Shown in pieces: positions 1 to 9,143 of a stretch of DNA of 64,000 bases. This DNA is from Bacillota bacterium (GTDB lineage Bacteria; Bacillota; UBA994; UBA5500): contig JAMNZE010000011.1 in assembly GCA_023622465.1 (NCBI GenBank), forward strand, positions 1,588-65,587, given 5' to 3'. The position numbers and the translations under genes were made by a program. The notes beneath the pieces are model-generated. The model worked only from the letters and a program-made list of their open reading frames with translations, searched no databases and had not been told where the DNA came from. The stretch's first letter is position 1. Every line of letters starts with the position of its first letter.

Positions 1-659
1 TCCCTATCTCTAACAATTATTCGGCGGTGGCCCCGCAGCCCGATTAGCCCCCTGTCCTGCAATGCGGTTAGCTGACGACTGAAGGTCTCTTGGGTCATCC
101 CCAGTTGAGAGGCCAAGTCCCCCTTGGTCATGGGTAACAATATCTCATCTTTACCCTCCGAGAGCTCCAACAAAGCCTCCGCTACCCGCTTAGTGGTAGA
201 ACTCAAGCTGATGGCTTCAATGAGGCTTTCCGCTTTTTCCAGTCTACGAGATAGCTCATCCATCACCTTAAACGCAATGGGGGGATACTTGGCCATAAGT
301 GCCTTAAGACGATCACCTTGTAAAACGCACATGGTGGTTGCTTCCAGTGCTTGGGCGTTATCAGTAAGGGGTAAGGAGGAAAAGAGAGACAGTTCTCCGA
401 TAAACTCCCCTGGCCCCACCAACCGCAGCACCTGTTCTTTTCCGTTAGCATTTAAGCGAAAGAGCTTCACAAGCCCGGTGTAAACTACAAAGAGCGTTCC
501 ACTCAAATCTCCTGCCCGGTAAACAATTTCGCCCTTTGCGTAGCTGCGCGAAGATGCGATCTCTGCAATCTCTAGCCGTTCTTCCCGGCTAAGACTAGTA
601 AAGATGGGCACCTGGTCAATACAGCTGGTATGGCTCGCACAGCTGTGATTACATCTCAT
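1..659 (-). CDS. Crp/Fnr family transcriptional regulator with an N-terminal Cys cluster; the C-terminus is cut off at the window edge
   Basis: The minus-strand translation from the ATG at 659 gives MRCNHSCASHTSC..., a cNMP-binding-like core and a C-terminal HTH (DLASQLGMTQETFSRQL). An AAGGA Shine-Dalgarno lies upstream. The ORF track omits it because no stop falls inside the window. Confidence 0.7.
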   Translation of the reverse strand, partial: MRCNHSCASHTSCIDQVPIFTSLSREERLEIAEIASSRSYAKGEIVYRAGDLSGTLFVVYTGLVKLFRLNANGKEQVLRLVGPGEFIGELSLFSSLPLTDNAQALEATTMCVLQGDRLKALMAKYPPIAFKVMDELSRRLEKAESLIEAISLSSTTKRVAEALLELSEGKDEILLPMTKGDLASQLGMTQETFSRQLTALQDRGLIGLRGHRRIIVRDR

Positions 660-727
660 CCTTATTCCCCCCATACCTGCAATACTTAACGCGTTGATTA
701 GATATTCTCGTGGCTACTCTAATATCC

Positions 728-766
728 TTGTTTTTTAAAACAACAAGGAAGGCAAAGCAGCCTTCC
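728..766 (-). terminator. rho-independent terminator after the transporter gene
   Basis: On the minus strand a ggaaggc...gccttcc stem is followed by a U-run (plus-strand aaaacaacaa). Confidence 0.5.
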
Positions 767-854
767 CCTCCGTCCTAAGACTGTTAGCTGAATAGTCTCA
801 GGCACGGCAATCGCCTTTATGGGCGGCTCGCCCACACTGCAACAGAATACATTA

Positions 855-2096
855 TTATAATGGCAGTTTACTCAACAGTAACACCCATATGACTTTACAT
901 AGTAACCCAATAGGGTAGGTGGCACCGTAGCCGCCAGCCGCCTCATTGCAGCCGGTGGCGTCAATAGCTGCCCCCAGGCCGGGAGTCGAAGTCATAGCAC
1001 CGCAAATAGCCCCTGAGAGCAAAACCCAATTCAGCCCTAGCACGTAACGACCAAAGAGGAAGCCGACCAAGATAGACGCGGCGGTGGCCCCCATGCCTAC
1101 TATGACTAACAGAGCGTTGGGCCCGGTCATGGCTGCCACCGCTTGATGTCCATAATTAAGGCCCACATAGGCCAGAAAAAAATATAGGGCCAGCTGCTTA
1201 ACCACGTTTAAGGCGTCTTTATCTATATGAAAAACGATCGGCCCTAGACGCCCCCTACTTCCCAACAGCAGGGCGGTAACCAGAACACCACCCGTAGTGC
1301 CTAAGCTTATATGGCCTATATCGCCCAGAGGCAGGGTCAAATGCCCCACCAGCAGACCCAACAAGCAGATAGTCGCAATGCCCAACATGTCTAGCCCCTT
1401 TTTGGGCGGTAGATTTACCGCGTCTTTTTCCCCCAGCTGTTCTGTTAGCTGACTGGCCTCCTGCTTTACGTCTAAGCCAAATAGTCTTGGTAACAGTTGG
1501 ATACCGGTGATAACGGTAATCACACTAAAGGGATAGGCTACCGCATAGCCCATTCCCACGCTGGCTTGGGCCGCCTGGGCCGTGGGGGACAAAGGATTGG
1601 CAAACTGTTTGGCAGCCGTCTCCAGGGCTACCCCTAGCCCGGGCGAACTGGTAAGAGCGCCGGTGTAAACGCCGGTAATTGCCATTGGATCCAAATCATT
1701 GATCAGCTGAAAAAGCAAATAGGCGGTGCCAGCGCCCGCCGAGGTAATGACAACTGCTAAAATGAGAAATTTTATCCCATTGCCTCGAAATACTTTGGCC
1801 ACATCTCTTGCTGCCAATAGACCCACCGAGGCCACAAACAGCAAAAGCAGAAAATCAAAGTAAGCTTTATCAATCAGGCCATACTGCATTATCCGCTCTA
1901 CGTAGGCCGGAACTTTCTCAACGGCATCCAGGTAAGGATTTATAAAGCTACTATAGACAAGCCAACTCAACCCCATACCGGCAAAAAGGGTACCCGATAA
2001 GCCTAGTTTAAACTTGCCAAAGTTAAGCTTGCCTAGGTAATATCCTAAGAAGATGCTCAAACATAATAAAAAAAGAGGATTAGTGAGCAATTCCAT
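855..2096 (-). CDS. putative transporter of the AAE/YidE-YbjL (Asp-Ala exchanger-like) family
   Basis: The protein is polytopic with duplicated G-rich transporter repeats (LGKLNFGKFKLGLSGTLFAGMGL). The start was moved to the internal ATG at 2096 (MELLTNPL), which has a GGGAG Shine-Dalgarno; the longer ORF N-terminus is not membrane-like. Confidence 0.5.
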   Translation of the reverse strand: MELLTNPLFLLCLSIFLGYYLGKLNFGKFKLGLSGTLFAGMGLSWLVYSSFINPYLDAVEKVPAYVERIMQYGLIDKAYFDFLLLLFVASVGLLAARDVAKVFRGNGIKFLILAVVITSAGAGTAYLLFQLINDLDPMAITGVYTGALTSSPGLGVALETAAKQFANPLSPTAQAAQASVGMGYAVAYPFSVITVITGIQLLPRLFGLDVKQEASQLTEQLGEKDAVNLPPKKGLDMLGIATICLLGLLVGHLTLPLGDIGHISLGTTGGVLVTALLLGSRGRLGPIVFHIDKDALNVVKQLALYFFLAYVGLNYGHQAVAAMTGPNALLVIVGMGATAASILVGFLFGRYVLGLNWVLLSGAICGAMTSTPGLGAAIDATGCNEAAGGYGATYPIGLLCKVIWVLLLSKLPL

Positions 2097-2193
2097 CTGT
2101 ATCTCATCTCCCGTAATATGCTCCGCTCTCCTCTTGTAAGTATATCTGATTTTCCAGGTCGTAGTGGGTAAATGATAGTCTCTTAACAAATCG

Positions 2194-2763
2194 TTACTTA
2201 AATTCGCTAAAAAATCCGGCTGTAACCTGCCAGGTATGATGATTAATGACTGACAAATCGGGGCTACGAATGGATAACCATTCATTTCTCCCTAAGCGGC
2301 GACCGAAAAGATGGCTATAAAAAGGGATTAGAATACGGGCGTGGGAAACGATAGCGAAATTGCGATCGGTATTTTCACGAGCTAATCTTTGCACACAACG
2401 CACAATCCGCTCTTGGGCCGCGTCATAGGGCTCCAGCAGCTGGTGGCTAACCTTCCCTTCCAAATGGTCACCCACTATGTCTACTAAATGGTCCGGCTCC
2501 AGGCCGGCACTTGTTAGCCACATATCCCTTAGATCATCTACCAGATAGAGGGACAACTGCCATCTTTTGGCAATTATTTCCGCTGTTTGTACTGCTCTTA
2601 GCTCGGGACTGGAGTAGATTGCTGCCACAGAATTCCAGAAGCTAGCTTCAGCCACTGGCGTTGTTAACAAAACTCCTTCCCGCGACAATGGCAATAGCGA
2701 TGAGGGCAAAGCCGGGGCCTCCAGCCCTTTCGAGTGGTGCACTACATAAAGCTTGTTATCCAT
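2194..2763 (-). CDS. histidine phosphatase (phosphoglycerate mutase-like) family protein
   Basis: The N-terminus LYVVHHSKG resembles the RHG catalytic motif region, and the size and pattern fit the PGAM-like superfamily. Confidence 0.55.
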   Translation of the reverse strand: MDNKLYVVHHSKGLEAPALPSSLLPLSREGVLLTTPVAEASFWNSVAAIYSSPELRAVQTAEIIAKRWQLSLYLVDDLRDMWLTSAGLEPDHLVDIVGDHLEGKVSHQLLEPYDAAQERIVRCVQRLARENTDRNFAIVSHARILIPFYSHLFGRRLGRNEWLSIRSPDLSVINHHTWQVTAGFFSEFK

Positions 2764-2876
2764 TTCGAATCCTCCGGTGCATGATTTACCAAGGGCCGTG
2801 GGGATTAAAGACTACCAAACGTAACAAGAGCCCCTGAGACTTCTACTCTAGAAATTATCCGTATCTGTGATAGCTT

Positions 2877-3593
2877 TTAAATCTCGCTCACCCGTTTAAA
2901 AGCTATACGTAACATGTTGTGCCAACCGGCCTTTACTGCATATTTGTTAGCGGCCAACTGCATCATTTCCTCTTCGCCTTTTCCTGCCCGTTTCCACTCC
3001 TGCACATCGGCTACAAAGTTCTCTAAGAACTGTCGCTGGTCCAGCAATATTTCTTTCCCGCCTACCGGCCCATGCCCAGGTATCACCGTATCCACATCCC
3101 AGGTGCTCAACTCGGTTAAGGCCGCAATCCAAGTGGGGAAATCGGCTTGCCCCATCCAGGGTGCGCGCCCGTTAAAGACCAAATCGCCCACAAGCAATAG
3201 CCGCCTCTTCGGCAAATACATGACGGCCGAACCGGGGCTGTGGCCGCCGAAAAGTTGCAGCCGGACCTCCTCACCGCAAATGTGGAGTCGCAATTGCTGG
3301 CCAAAGTAGCAGTTGGGCAAACCTTTAGTCATACCTGCCTGTAACATAGCATCTCGGGCTGCCGTCGAGCTAATAATTTGACACCTAAACAAGGCGTTGC
3401 CACCCAAATGATCAAAATGTTCATGGGTATTAAACACGAACTGCAGTTGTCGATCGCCAATCTGGTTTAGAACTTGGCGGCCCTCCTCTTCGCTGGCTTG
3501 AGTATCCACTAAAATAAGTCCCTGTTCGCCCACCTCAATCAGCGTGGAGTTGACTGTACCACTAGCACCACTATAAACCTTAAACCGCGCCAT
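2877..3593 (-). CDS. MBL-fold metallo-hydrolase
   Basis: It carries the HxHxDH motif (NTHEHFDHLGG) and a downstream conserved His/Asp. Confidence 0.75.
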   Translation of the reverse strand: MARFKVYSGASGTVNSTLIEVGEQGLILVDTQASEEEGRQVLNQIGDRQLQFVFNTHEHFDHLGGNALFRCQIISSTAARDAMLQAGMTKGLPNCYFGQQLRLHICGEEVRLQLFGGHSPGSAVMYLPKRRLLLVGDLVFNGRAPWMGQADFPTWIAALTELSTWDVDTVIPGHGPVGGKEILLDQRQFLENFVADVQEWKRAGKGEEEMMQLAANKYAVKAGWHNMLRIAFKRVSEI

Positions 3594-3663
3594 TATACCG
3601 CCTCCTTCCTAGCGCACTTTACTACTATTCCCTCATCACCCGCCCCTTTCCTGCCACTTCAAA

Positions 3664-3688
3664 TAAAAAGCCGCCTCAGGCGGCTTTG
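3664..3688 (-). terminator. terminator after the CotF-like pair
   Basis: A ccaaagccgcctgaggcggcttt stem is followed by tttttattt on the minus strand. Confidence 0.6.
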
Positions 3689-3689
3689 G

Positions 3690-3965
3690 TTAACTATTCT
3701 TCTTTGAAGGCTCAAACTGCTGTAATGTTTGTTGTATTTTCTGGGGCGGAGCTGGCTCGGTCTGGTACCATCCTTTTTTTACTGCGGCATTAAACATGGC
3801 CGATTGCAGCTGGTGCTCTTCCATCAAAATATGTAACATATCACTGCGCAAACCATTATTACCAGCAGTCTCGTTACTGGCCACATTGTAAGTGTTGGTC
3901 AGCTCCTTTTGGCAAGCTAAAGCATCTTTAAGAATCAGCTCATCGGGTAAGCGGCTCTCAGGCAC
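3690..3965 (-). CDS. spore coat protein (Coat F domain)
   Basis: This small protein is paired with the adjacent CotF-like gene and has a Coat_F-like helical repeat. Confidence 0.5.
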   Translation of the reverse strand: MPESRLPDELILKDALACQKELTNTYNVASNETAGNNGLRSDMLHILMEEHQLQSAMFNAAVKKGWYQTEPAPPQKIQQTLQQFEPSKKNS

Positions 3966-4192
3966 TAAACTCCCTCCTTGCCTATTTCTTTAGCCTTCAG
4001 GTGCTTAAGCAGGGTATTATAATGCTCCTCATGTTTACGAGCACTGGCCTCACATAGGCGCTGCACTTCCGGGTCCGTCGCCTGCAGCGCATAGGAGCGC
4101 AGTTTAGCAATGGCCAATTGTTCATGGGCCAGCTGATCTTCAATCATGGCCAGCTCTTTGGTAGTTAGTTCTGGGCGGCCAAGCTCTGGCAT
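3965..4192 (-). CDS. spore coat protein (Coat F domain)
   Basis: The region DQLAHEQLAIAKLRSYA is typical of the Coat_F/ferritin-like family. Its stop overlaps the start of the next gene by 1 nt. Confidence 0.55.
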   Translation of the reverse strand: MPELGRPELTTKELAMIEDQLAHEQLAIAKLRSYALQATDPEVQRLCEASARKHEEHYNTLLKHLKAKEIGKEGV

Positions 4193-4265
4193 TGTTTTCC
4201 CTCCTTGTTGAAGCTCTTGCAGGCTTATTGTATCCAGGAGGAGGAACCTTTAGCCACAGACCGCT

Positions 4266-5030
4266 CTAGCTATTGAACTGATACAATAGGCGTAAACCGT
4301 ATAAAGTTAAATGGGGCTCAATCAGGTCTAGTTGATTACTTAAAGACGTAAACATGTGGGCATCCTGGCCAGTGGCAATTACTTTTGCCGGTCCAATCTC
4401 CTTCTTAATGCGCTGCAATATGCCATTTAGCAAATCCACATGGCCATAAAGAAGGCCAGCCTGTAAAGCCTGGGTAGTGGTCCGACCGATAACTTGCCCA
4501 GGAGCGGTGAAATCCACCCGTGGAATGCGGGACGCTTTGTTGACTAAGGCTTCCGAAGCTATACGAATACCCGGTGTTAACACGCCGCCTAAATATTCGC
4601 CCTTAGCCGAGACCACGTCGAAGACGGTGGCTGTGCCAAAATCAACCACAATTGTTGGCCCTTTACCATAAAGAAAATGGGCAGCAACCGAATTGGCAAT
4701 GCGGTCGCCGCTCAGATCGGTCGGTTGCTCAAAGCGGATGGGCAAGCGAGTCTTGATTCCCGGACCTACCAGGAGTGGAGCCGGCAAACTACAGGATCTA
4801 ATGGCGGCCTCAATAGTTGTCTGTAGAGTGGGCGAAGCGGTAGCGATGATAACAGCGTTAATATCCACCGGTCTGAAGCCTTTGCGCTCCATAGCCTGCT
4901 CCATTAACATTGCATATTCATCGGCAGTACGGTGCAAATCGCTGGCCAAACGCCAAGTAGCCTCCAGTTTTTCGCTCTTAAAAATTCCGAAAACTATTTG
5001 GGTGTTACCAATGTCGATAGTCAATAACAT
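4266..5030 (-). CDS. coaX: type III pantothenate kinase
   Basis: The N-terminus MLLTIDIGNT and the ATGASP region match CoaX. The start was set at the internal ATG at 5030, which has an AGGAGTGA Shine-Dalgarno. Confidence 0.85.
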   Translation of the reverse strand: MLLTIDIGNTQIVFGIFKSEKLEATWRLASDLHRTADEYAMLMEQAMERKGFRPVDINAVIIATASPTLQTTIEAAIRSCSLPAPLLVGPGIKTRLPIRFEQPTDLSGDRIANSVAAHFLYGKGPTIVVDFGTATVFDVVSAKGEYLGGVLTPGIRIASEALVNKASRIPRVDFTAPGQVIGRTTTQALQAGLLYGHVDLLNGILQRIKKEIGPAKVIATGQDAHMFTSLSNQLDLIEPHLTLYGLRLLYQFNS

Positions 5031-5066
5031 GCCCTTCACTCCTATACACACGTTCTATTAAACATC

Positions 5067-5095
5067 TTGACGACTGCTCTACACTGTACTATAAT
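5067..5095 (+). promoter_or_regulatory. sigma-A promoter for tRNA-Trp
   Basis: TTGACG is followed by a 17-nt spacer and TATAAT, ending about 14 nt before the tRNA 5' end. Confidence 0.7.
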
Positions 5096-5109
5096 AATCA
5101 ATGTGACAC

Positions 5110-5185
5110 AGGGGTGTAGCTCAATTGGTAGAGTAGCGGTCTCCAAAACCGTCGGTTGCGGGTTCGAGTCCTGCCACCCCTGCCA
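5110..5185 (+). tRNA. tRNA-Trp (anticodon CCA)
   Basis: It folds as a cloverleaf with a 7-bp acceptor stem (aggggtg/cacccct), anticodon loop ctCCAaa, a GGTTCGAGTCC T-arm and an encoded CCA. Confidence 0.9.
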
Positions 5186-5198
5186 TGATAGCAAATAC

Positions 5199-5236
5199 AA
5201 CGAGAGTCTTAGCGACTCTCGTTGTTTGTTTTTGTT
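5199..5236 (+). terminator. rho-independent terminator after tRNA-Trp
   Basis: An aacgagagtc/gactctcgtt stem is followed by gtttgtttttgtt. Confidence 0.75.
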
Positions 5237-5291
5237 ATGGATGCGCCCAATTGGTAACTCTATAGGTAGATCAAGAAAGTGGGCTGAATCG

Positions 5292-6632
5292 ATGTTAAAT
5301 CTAGCTGATTTAAAACAACGCTTGCAAACAGAGCCGACTACAGTCCATTGGCTGCTAGAATATTTGCCGCCTGCCGACGTGGCGGACATTTTAGCTTCTC
5401 TAAGCGAACAGGATTTAAAAGCCGTCTTAGCGGTGCTGAATGTCCATAATATCGCCCTCATGCTTGAAGAATGGGATGCCCCCACTTCCTGGCGGATTCT
5501 AGCTCTATTGCCGCGGGATAAGATGACGGCAGCTATCCGCGTTATGCCCAGTGATGACCGAGCGGACCTTTTAGGCTCCATACCGGAAGAAGCCCGCGAA
5601 TCGCTGCTAAATGCTTTGGCCGCCGACGCCACTGAAGTAAGGGAACTACTGGCCTATGCGGCTGAGTCGTCGGGGGGGATTATGGCCACCGAATTGTTGG
5701 CCGTACGTCCCGAATGGACCAGCGAGGAAGCCCTGGCCATTGTTAGGCGCGATGCCCAGGAGGCGGAAACGGCCTATTATGTGTATGTCACCGATGCGCA
5801 GCAAAGACTACTGGGTGTCCTTTCGCTGCGTGAATTGGTACTGGCGTCTCCCCAGACAAAGGTGTCGACAATTATGCGCTCCAACCCGGTCACCGTGCAT
5901 GAGAACGATCATCAGGAAGTGGTGGCCGATTTGTTCCGGCGTTATCATCTGTTTGCTCTACCGGTGGTGAATGATCAGGGGATACTCAAAGGCATAGTTA
6001 CCGCCGATGACGTGCTTGATGTGGTGGACGAGGAAGCAACAGAAGATATGCAAAAGATGAGCTGGATGACGCCCAGCGAAGTTCCCTACCTGGGCACATC
6101 AGTATTGGCCTTGGCTAAACAACGGTTACCCTGGCTACTGATTTTGATGTTGTCGGCCACCTTTACCGGGCAGATCCTTAAGCACTTTGAAGGGTTATTA
6201 GCCAACTTGGTAATCCTAACCGTCTTTATTCCTATGCTCATGGACACAGCTGGCAACGCTGGTTCCCAGTCATCAACTCTTATCATTCGCGGGCTAGCAT
6301 TAGGTGAAATTGACTTAAAAGACTGGTTCCAGGTGTTATCCCGCGAACTGCTAGTCAGTCTCATAGTGGGGATAGCCCTGGCCACCGTCAACTTCTTTCG
6401 CATCCTGATTGTGGAAAAGGCACCGGGACCAATAGCACTGGTGGTTAGCCTGGCTTTGGTGGCTACCGTGATTTTGGCCAAGATCGTAGGCGGCACCCTG
6501 CCACTGGTAGCTAAGGCGCTAAAACTAGACCCGGCTATAATGGCCGGGCCCCTTATCACCACCATAGTCGATGCCTTGGCCCTATTCATCTATTTCTCTC
6601 TGGCCACTAGCCTTTTAGAGTTAACAATGTAA
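5292..6632 (+). CDS. mgtE: magnesium transporter MgtE
   Basis: It has the N-terminal MgtE_N domain, a CBS pair and the C-terminal TM domain with PMLMDTAGNAGSQS. The ATG was chosen downstream of the tRNA. Confidence 0.9.
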   Translation: MLNLADLKQRLQTEPTTVHWLLEYLPPADVADILASLSEQDLKAVLAVLNVHNIALMLEEWDAPTSWRILALLPRDKMTAAIRVMPSDDRADLLGSIPEEARESLLNALAADATEVRELLAYAAESSGGIMATELLAVRPEWTSEEALAIVRRDAQEAETAYYVYVTDAQQRLLGVLSLRELVLASPQTKVSTIMRSNPVTVHENDHQEVVADLFRRYHLFALPVVNDQGILKGIVTADDVLDVVDEEATEDMQKMSWMTPSEVPYLGTSVLALAKQRLPWLLILMLSATFTGQILKHFEGLLANLVILTVFIPMLMDTAGNAGSQSSTLIIRGLALGEIDLKDWFQVLSRELLVSLIVGIALATVNFFRILIVEKAPGPIALVVSLALVATVILAKIVGGTLPLVAKALKLDPAIMAGPLITTIVDALALFIYFSLATSLLELTM

Positions 6633-6635
6633 GGG

Positions 6636-6667
6636 CTGCCACAAAACAATGTTTGTGCAGCCCCTAA
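6636..6667. terminator. bidirectional hairpin between convergent mgtE and plsY
   Basis: The element is a gggctgccacaaaaca...tgtttgtgcagccc inverted repeat. Confidence 0.55.
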
Positions 6668-6730
6668 GCATGTTAGGGCCACCTAATGTATTTAGGGTAC
6701 ACGATTATCCGCCCCTACAGCAGCGTCCCT

Positions 6731-7333
6731 CTATTTCTTTTGACCTAGGCGGTTTTCTGTTCCCCGTAATAGGCGCTCTATGTTAGACCGGTGTCGCCAC
6801 AAGCCTAACAGAGCCACACTCATCGCAAAGGCGATCTCGGGAGCGGCTACCTGACGTTGGGCTATTAATACCAGCGGTAGGGACACCACCAGCAGGATTG
6901 AGCCTAAGGACACGTACCGCGTAATTGCCACAACCAGCACCGCCAAGGGCAAAAGGATTAGCAATTGCCGAGGAAAGAGCACTATACAAGCACCCAAAGT
7001 GCTGGCAATGCCTTTGCCTCCTCGCAGCCCCAAATAGGCAGAATAATTGTGGCCTAATATGGCGGCCAAGGCTGTAACCACTGTGGGCCAGGTAGCACTT
7101 CCAAAGAGACGTGCAGCCCACCAGGTTGGCACTAGCGCCTTGCTAATATCAATAAAAGCCACTAAAAGCGCTGGTCCGGCCCCCAACACCCGAAAGGCGT
7201 TGGTACCACCCACATTTCCACTACCATGCTGGGTAATATCTATGTTGGCTTTCCAGCGGCCAACAATATAGGCAGTAGGAATGCTTCCCAAAAGATATGC
7301 GACAATTATCATGAGAATGGGCTCTGCTGTCAC
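6731..7333 (-). CDS. plsY: glycerol-3-phosphate acyltransferase PlsY
   Basis: It contains YLLGSIPTAYIVGR and HGSGNVGGTNAFR, with a GTG start after a GGGAGGA Shine-Dalgarno. Confidence 0.85.
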   Translation of the reverse strand: MTAEPILMIIVAYLLGSIPTAYIVGRWKANIDITQHGSGNVGGTNAFRVLGAGPALLVAFIDISKALVPTWWAARLFGSATWPTVVTALAAILGHNYSAYLGLRGGKGIASTLGACIVLFPRQLLILLPLAVLVVAITRYVSLGSILLVVSLPLVLIAQRQVAAPEIAFAMSVALLGLWRHRSNIERLLRGTENRLGQKK

Positions 7334-7350
7334 GACTGTCCTCCCTGAAG

Positions 7351-7698
7351 CTAACGATCTTCTTGCGAGGGGAAAATAGCTATCTTAAAGGTCACAATGA
7401 GAACAATTGCACAAAGGGCGAAAAATGGATAGATGGATAGCCTAAAGATGGATTCAAGAAAACTATAGGTGAGGGTGTTGGGTGTTAAAGATGGCTTGAT
7501 GGCCACCAACCCGATTAACACCACTAGCCAAATTAATAGATAAGCCACCATCCTTTTTGGAAAAAACCCGGTCTTAGTTATATGGGACCAAAAACCTAGT
7601 TTTTCTTTGCGATAAACGAACTTACGGTCTACCAAGTAAAAGACATATAGTAGGGCCACCCCCAGTAAAAACCCTAATACATAGTCGGTAATAGGCAT
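7351..7698 (-). CDS. hypothetical membrane protein
   Basis: A 115-aa protein with 3-4 predicted TM helices sits between the ctp gene and plsY; no family was recognised. Confidence 0.3.
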   Translation of the reverse strand: MPITDYVLGFLLGVALLYVFYLVDRKFVYRKEKLGFWSHITKTGFFPKRMVAYLLIWLVVLIGLVAIKPSLTPNTLTYSFLESIFRLSIYPFFALCAIVLIVTFKIAIFPSQEDR

Positions 7699-7733
7699 AG
7701 TAGCTCCTCCCCCTATCCAGATCTACAAAGATA

Positions 7734-8945
7734 CTATTTTTGCAGCATCTTCTCCCTCACGTATTTTACCGCTTGTTGCAGCTGTTCGTCTACCTGGGCT
7801 TTTTCCGGTTGTTCAATAACGTAATCAGGCGTAAGACCTTTTTCATGAATATCCTGTCCCGCCGGAGTTAAATAGCGATACTGGGTAATCCAAAGACGTG
7901 AACCGTCCGTTAATGGATAAGGGACTTGTACGGTTCCCTTGCCAAAGGAAACCTCCCCCAGCAAGACGGCGCGCTTATGGTCTTGTAGAGCGCCGGCTAC
8001 TACTTCAGATGCGGATGCACTAGCACCGTTCAACAATATGGCCAAGGGGCCATCCCAAATAGTACCTCCGGTGGTTTTCAATATCTGTTCATTGCCGTAA
8101 CGATCCACCTGACGCACTATTACCTGGTCAGCCGGCAGGAAGAAATCCACAATTTCCTGAGCACTGTACAGGAGACCGCCACCGTTGGAACGCAAGTCCA
8201 AGAGAATGGCTTCCACCTGCTTTTGTTTTACAGCCTCAATAGCTTCTCTTAATTGCTCTGGGGCGGTTTCAGTAAAGCGATTCATAGCTATGATACCGAT
8301 TTCCCCATCCACCCAGTAATCAACGACAGGAAGAGTGATTATCCCCCGCCGGATGGTAATGTTCAGAGGTGCCGGTTCCCCTTCCCGCAGGATGGTGAGA
8401 GTAACCTCGGTACCGGCTTCGCCCCGAATACGGCTGTTAATTTCCATCTGGGTCAGCCCCATAATGGTTTGACCATCTACTGCAATAATCTTATCACGAA
8501 CCTTGACTCCACTGGCTTCTGCGGGCGATCCACGGAAAACGATCTCTACTTCCATTTCGCCACCTACCGGAGGTTTAGACTGAATACCTACCCCCGAATA
8601 TTTGCCCTCCAAGGTCGATTGGGTAAACTCCTTCGCTTCTTCCGCCGATTCATAGCGGGTGTATCCGCCATCCACATGGGGTAACATTCCCCGTATAGCA
8701 TCTTCCACGGCCCGTTCCGGATCTAAAGCATCGGGGTCCACATGGTGTTGCTTAACCAAGGAATATATGGCTTCTAGTTTGGCAAAAGAATTATCCACCA
8801 AATGAATCCCAAAGCGATGGGCTATGCTGCGCAGATTAGCGCCAAACAATACTCCTACAGAAAACACAACTAGCACCAACGCAATAATCCCCAAACTAGA
8901 GCGCCGTCGGCGGTAATATCTTTGTCTTACTTCCATGTGAGCCAA
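7734..8945 (-). CDS. carboxyl-terminal processing protease (S41 family, CtpA/CtpB-like)
   Basis: It has an N-terminal TM, a PDZ domain and the S41 catalytic region (LLDLRSNGGG, a Ser/Lys dyad context). Confidence 0.85.
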   Translation of the reverse strand: MAHMEVRQRYYRRRRSSLGIIALVLVVFSVGVLFGANLRSIAHRFGIHLVDNSFAKLEAIYSLVKQHHVDPDALDPERAVEDAIRGMLPHVDGGYTRYESAEEAKEFTQSTLEGKYSGVGIQSKPPVGGEMEVEIVFRGSPAEASGVKVRDKIIAVDGQTIMGLTQMEINSRIRGEAGTEVTLTILREGEPAPLNITIRRGIITLPVVDYWVDGEIGIIAMNRFTETAPEQLREAIEAVKQKQVEAILLDLRSNGGGLLYSAQEIVDFFLPADQVIVRQVDRYGNEQILKTTGGTIWDGPLAILLNGASASASEVVAGALQDHKRAVLLGEVSFGKGTVQVPYPLTDGSRLWITQYRYLTPAGQDIHEKGLTPDYVIEQPEKAQVDEQLQQAVKYVREKMLQK

Positions 8946-9143
8946 CTCCCCTCATCTCAGTTTGCCGGAGCAGCTCTAAGCTCCTAGCCTTCTTTAAGAG
9001 GTATGTGTGCCCCCTACTACACATTCCTTTGCTTCACATTCTTCATAAGCCACGTTTATCCTGCCCAACCCCGATGGCCATCATAAGTAAGGAAGGCCAG
9101 CTTAACTGGCCTTCTCAGTTAATTGCTTTTGCAAGACTGCTGC

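Noticed and set aside
124-483. A 119-aa plus-strand ORF at the window start
   Set aside because: It is antisense to a well-formed Crp/Fnr gene whose minus-strand translation shows clear cNMP-binding and HTH features. The plus-strand product is low-complexity with no Shine-Dalgarno.
5186-5291. An M-box riboswitch upstream of mgtE
   Set aside because: The interval between the tRNA terminator and the mgtE start is only about 55 nt, too short for the roughly 160-nt M-box aptamer. I kept this as a finding about the element's absence rather than annotating one.
5042-5632. A 196-aa minus-strand ORF overlapping tRNA-Trp and the mgtE start
   Set aside because: It is antisense to the tRNA (the tell-tale WQDSNPQP translation) and to the mgtE 5' end, so it is spurious.
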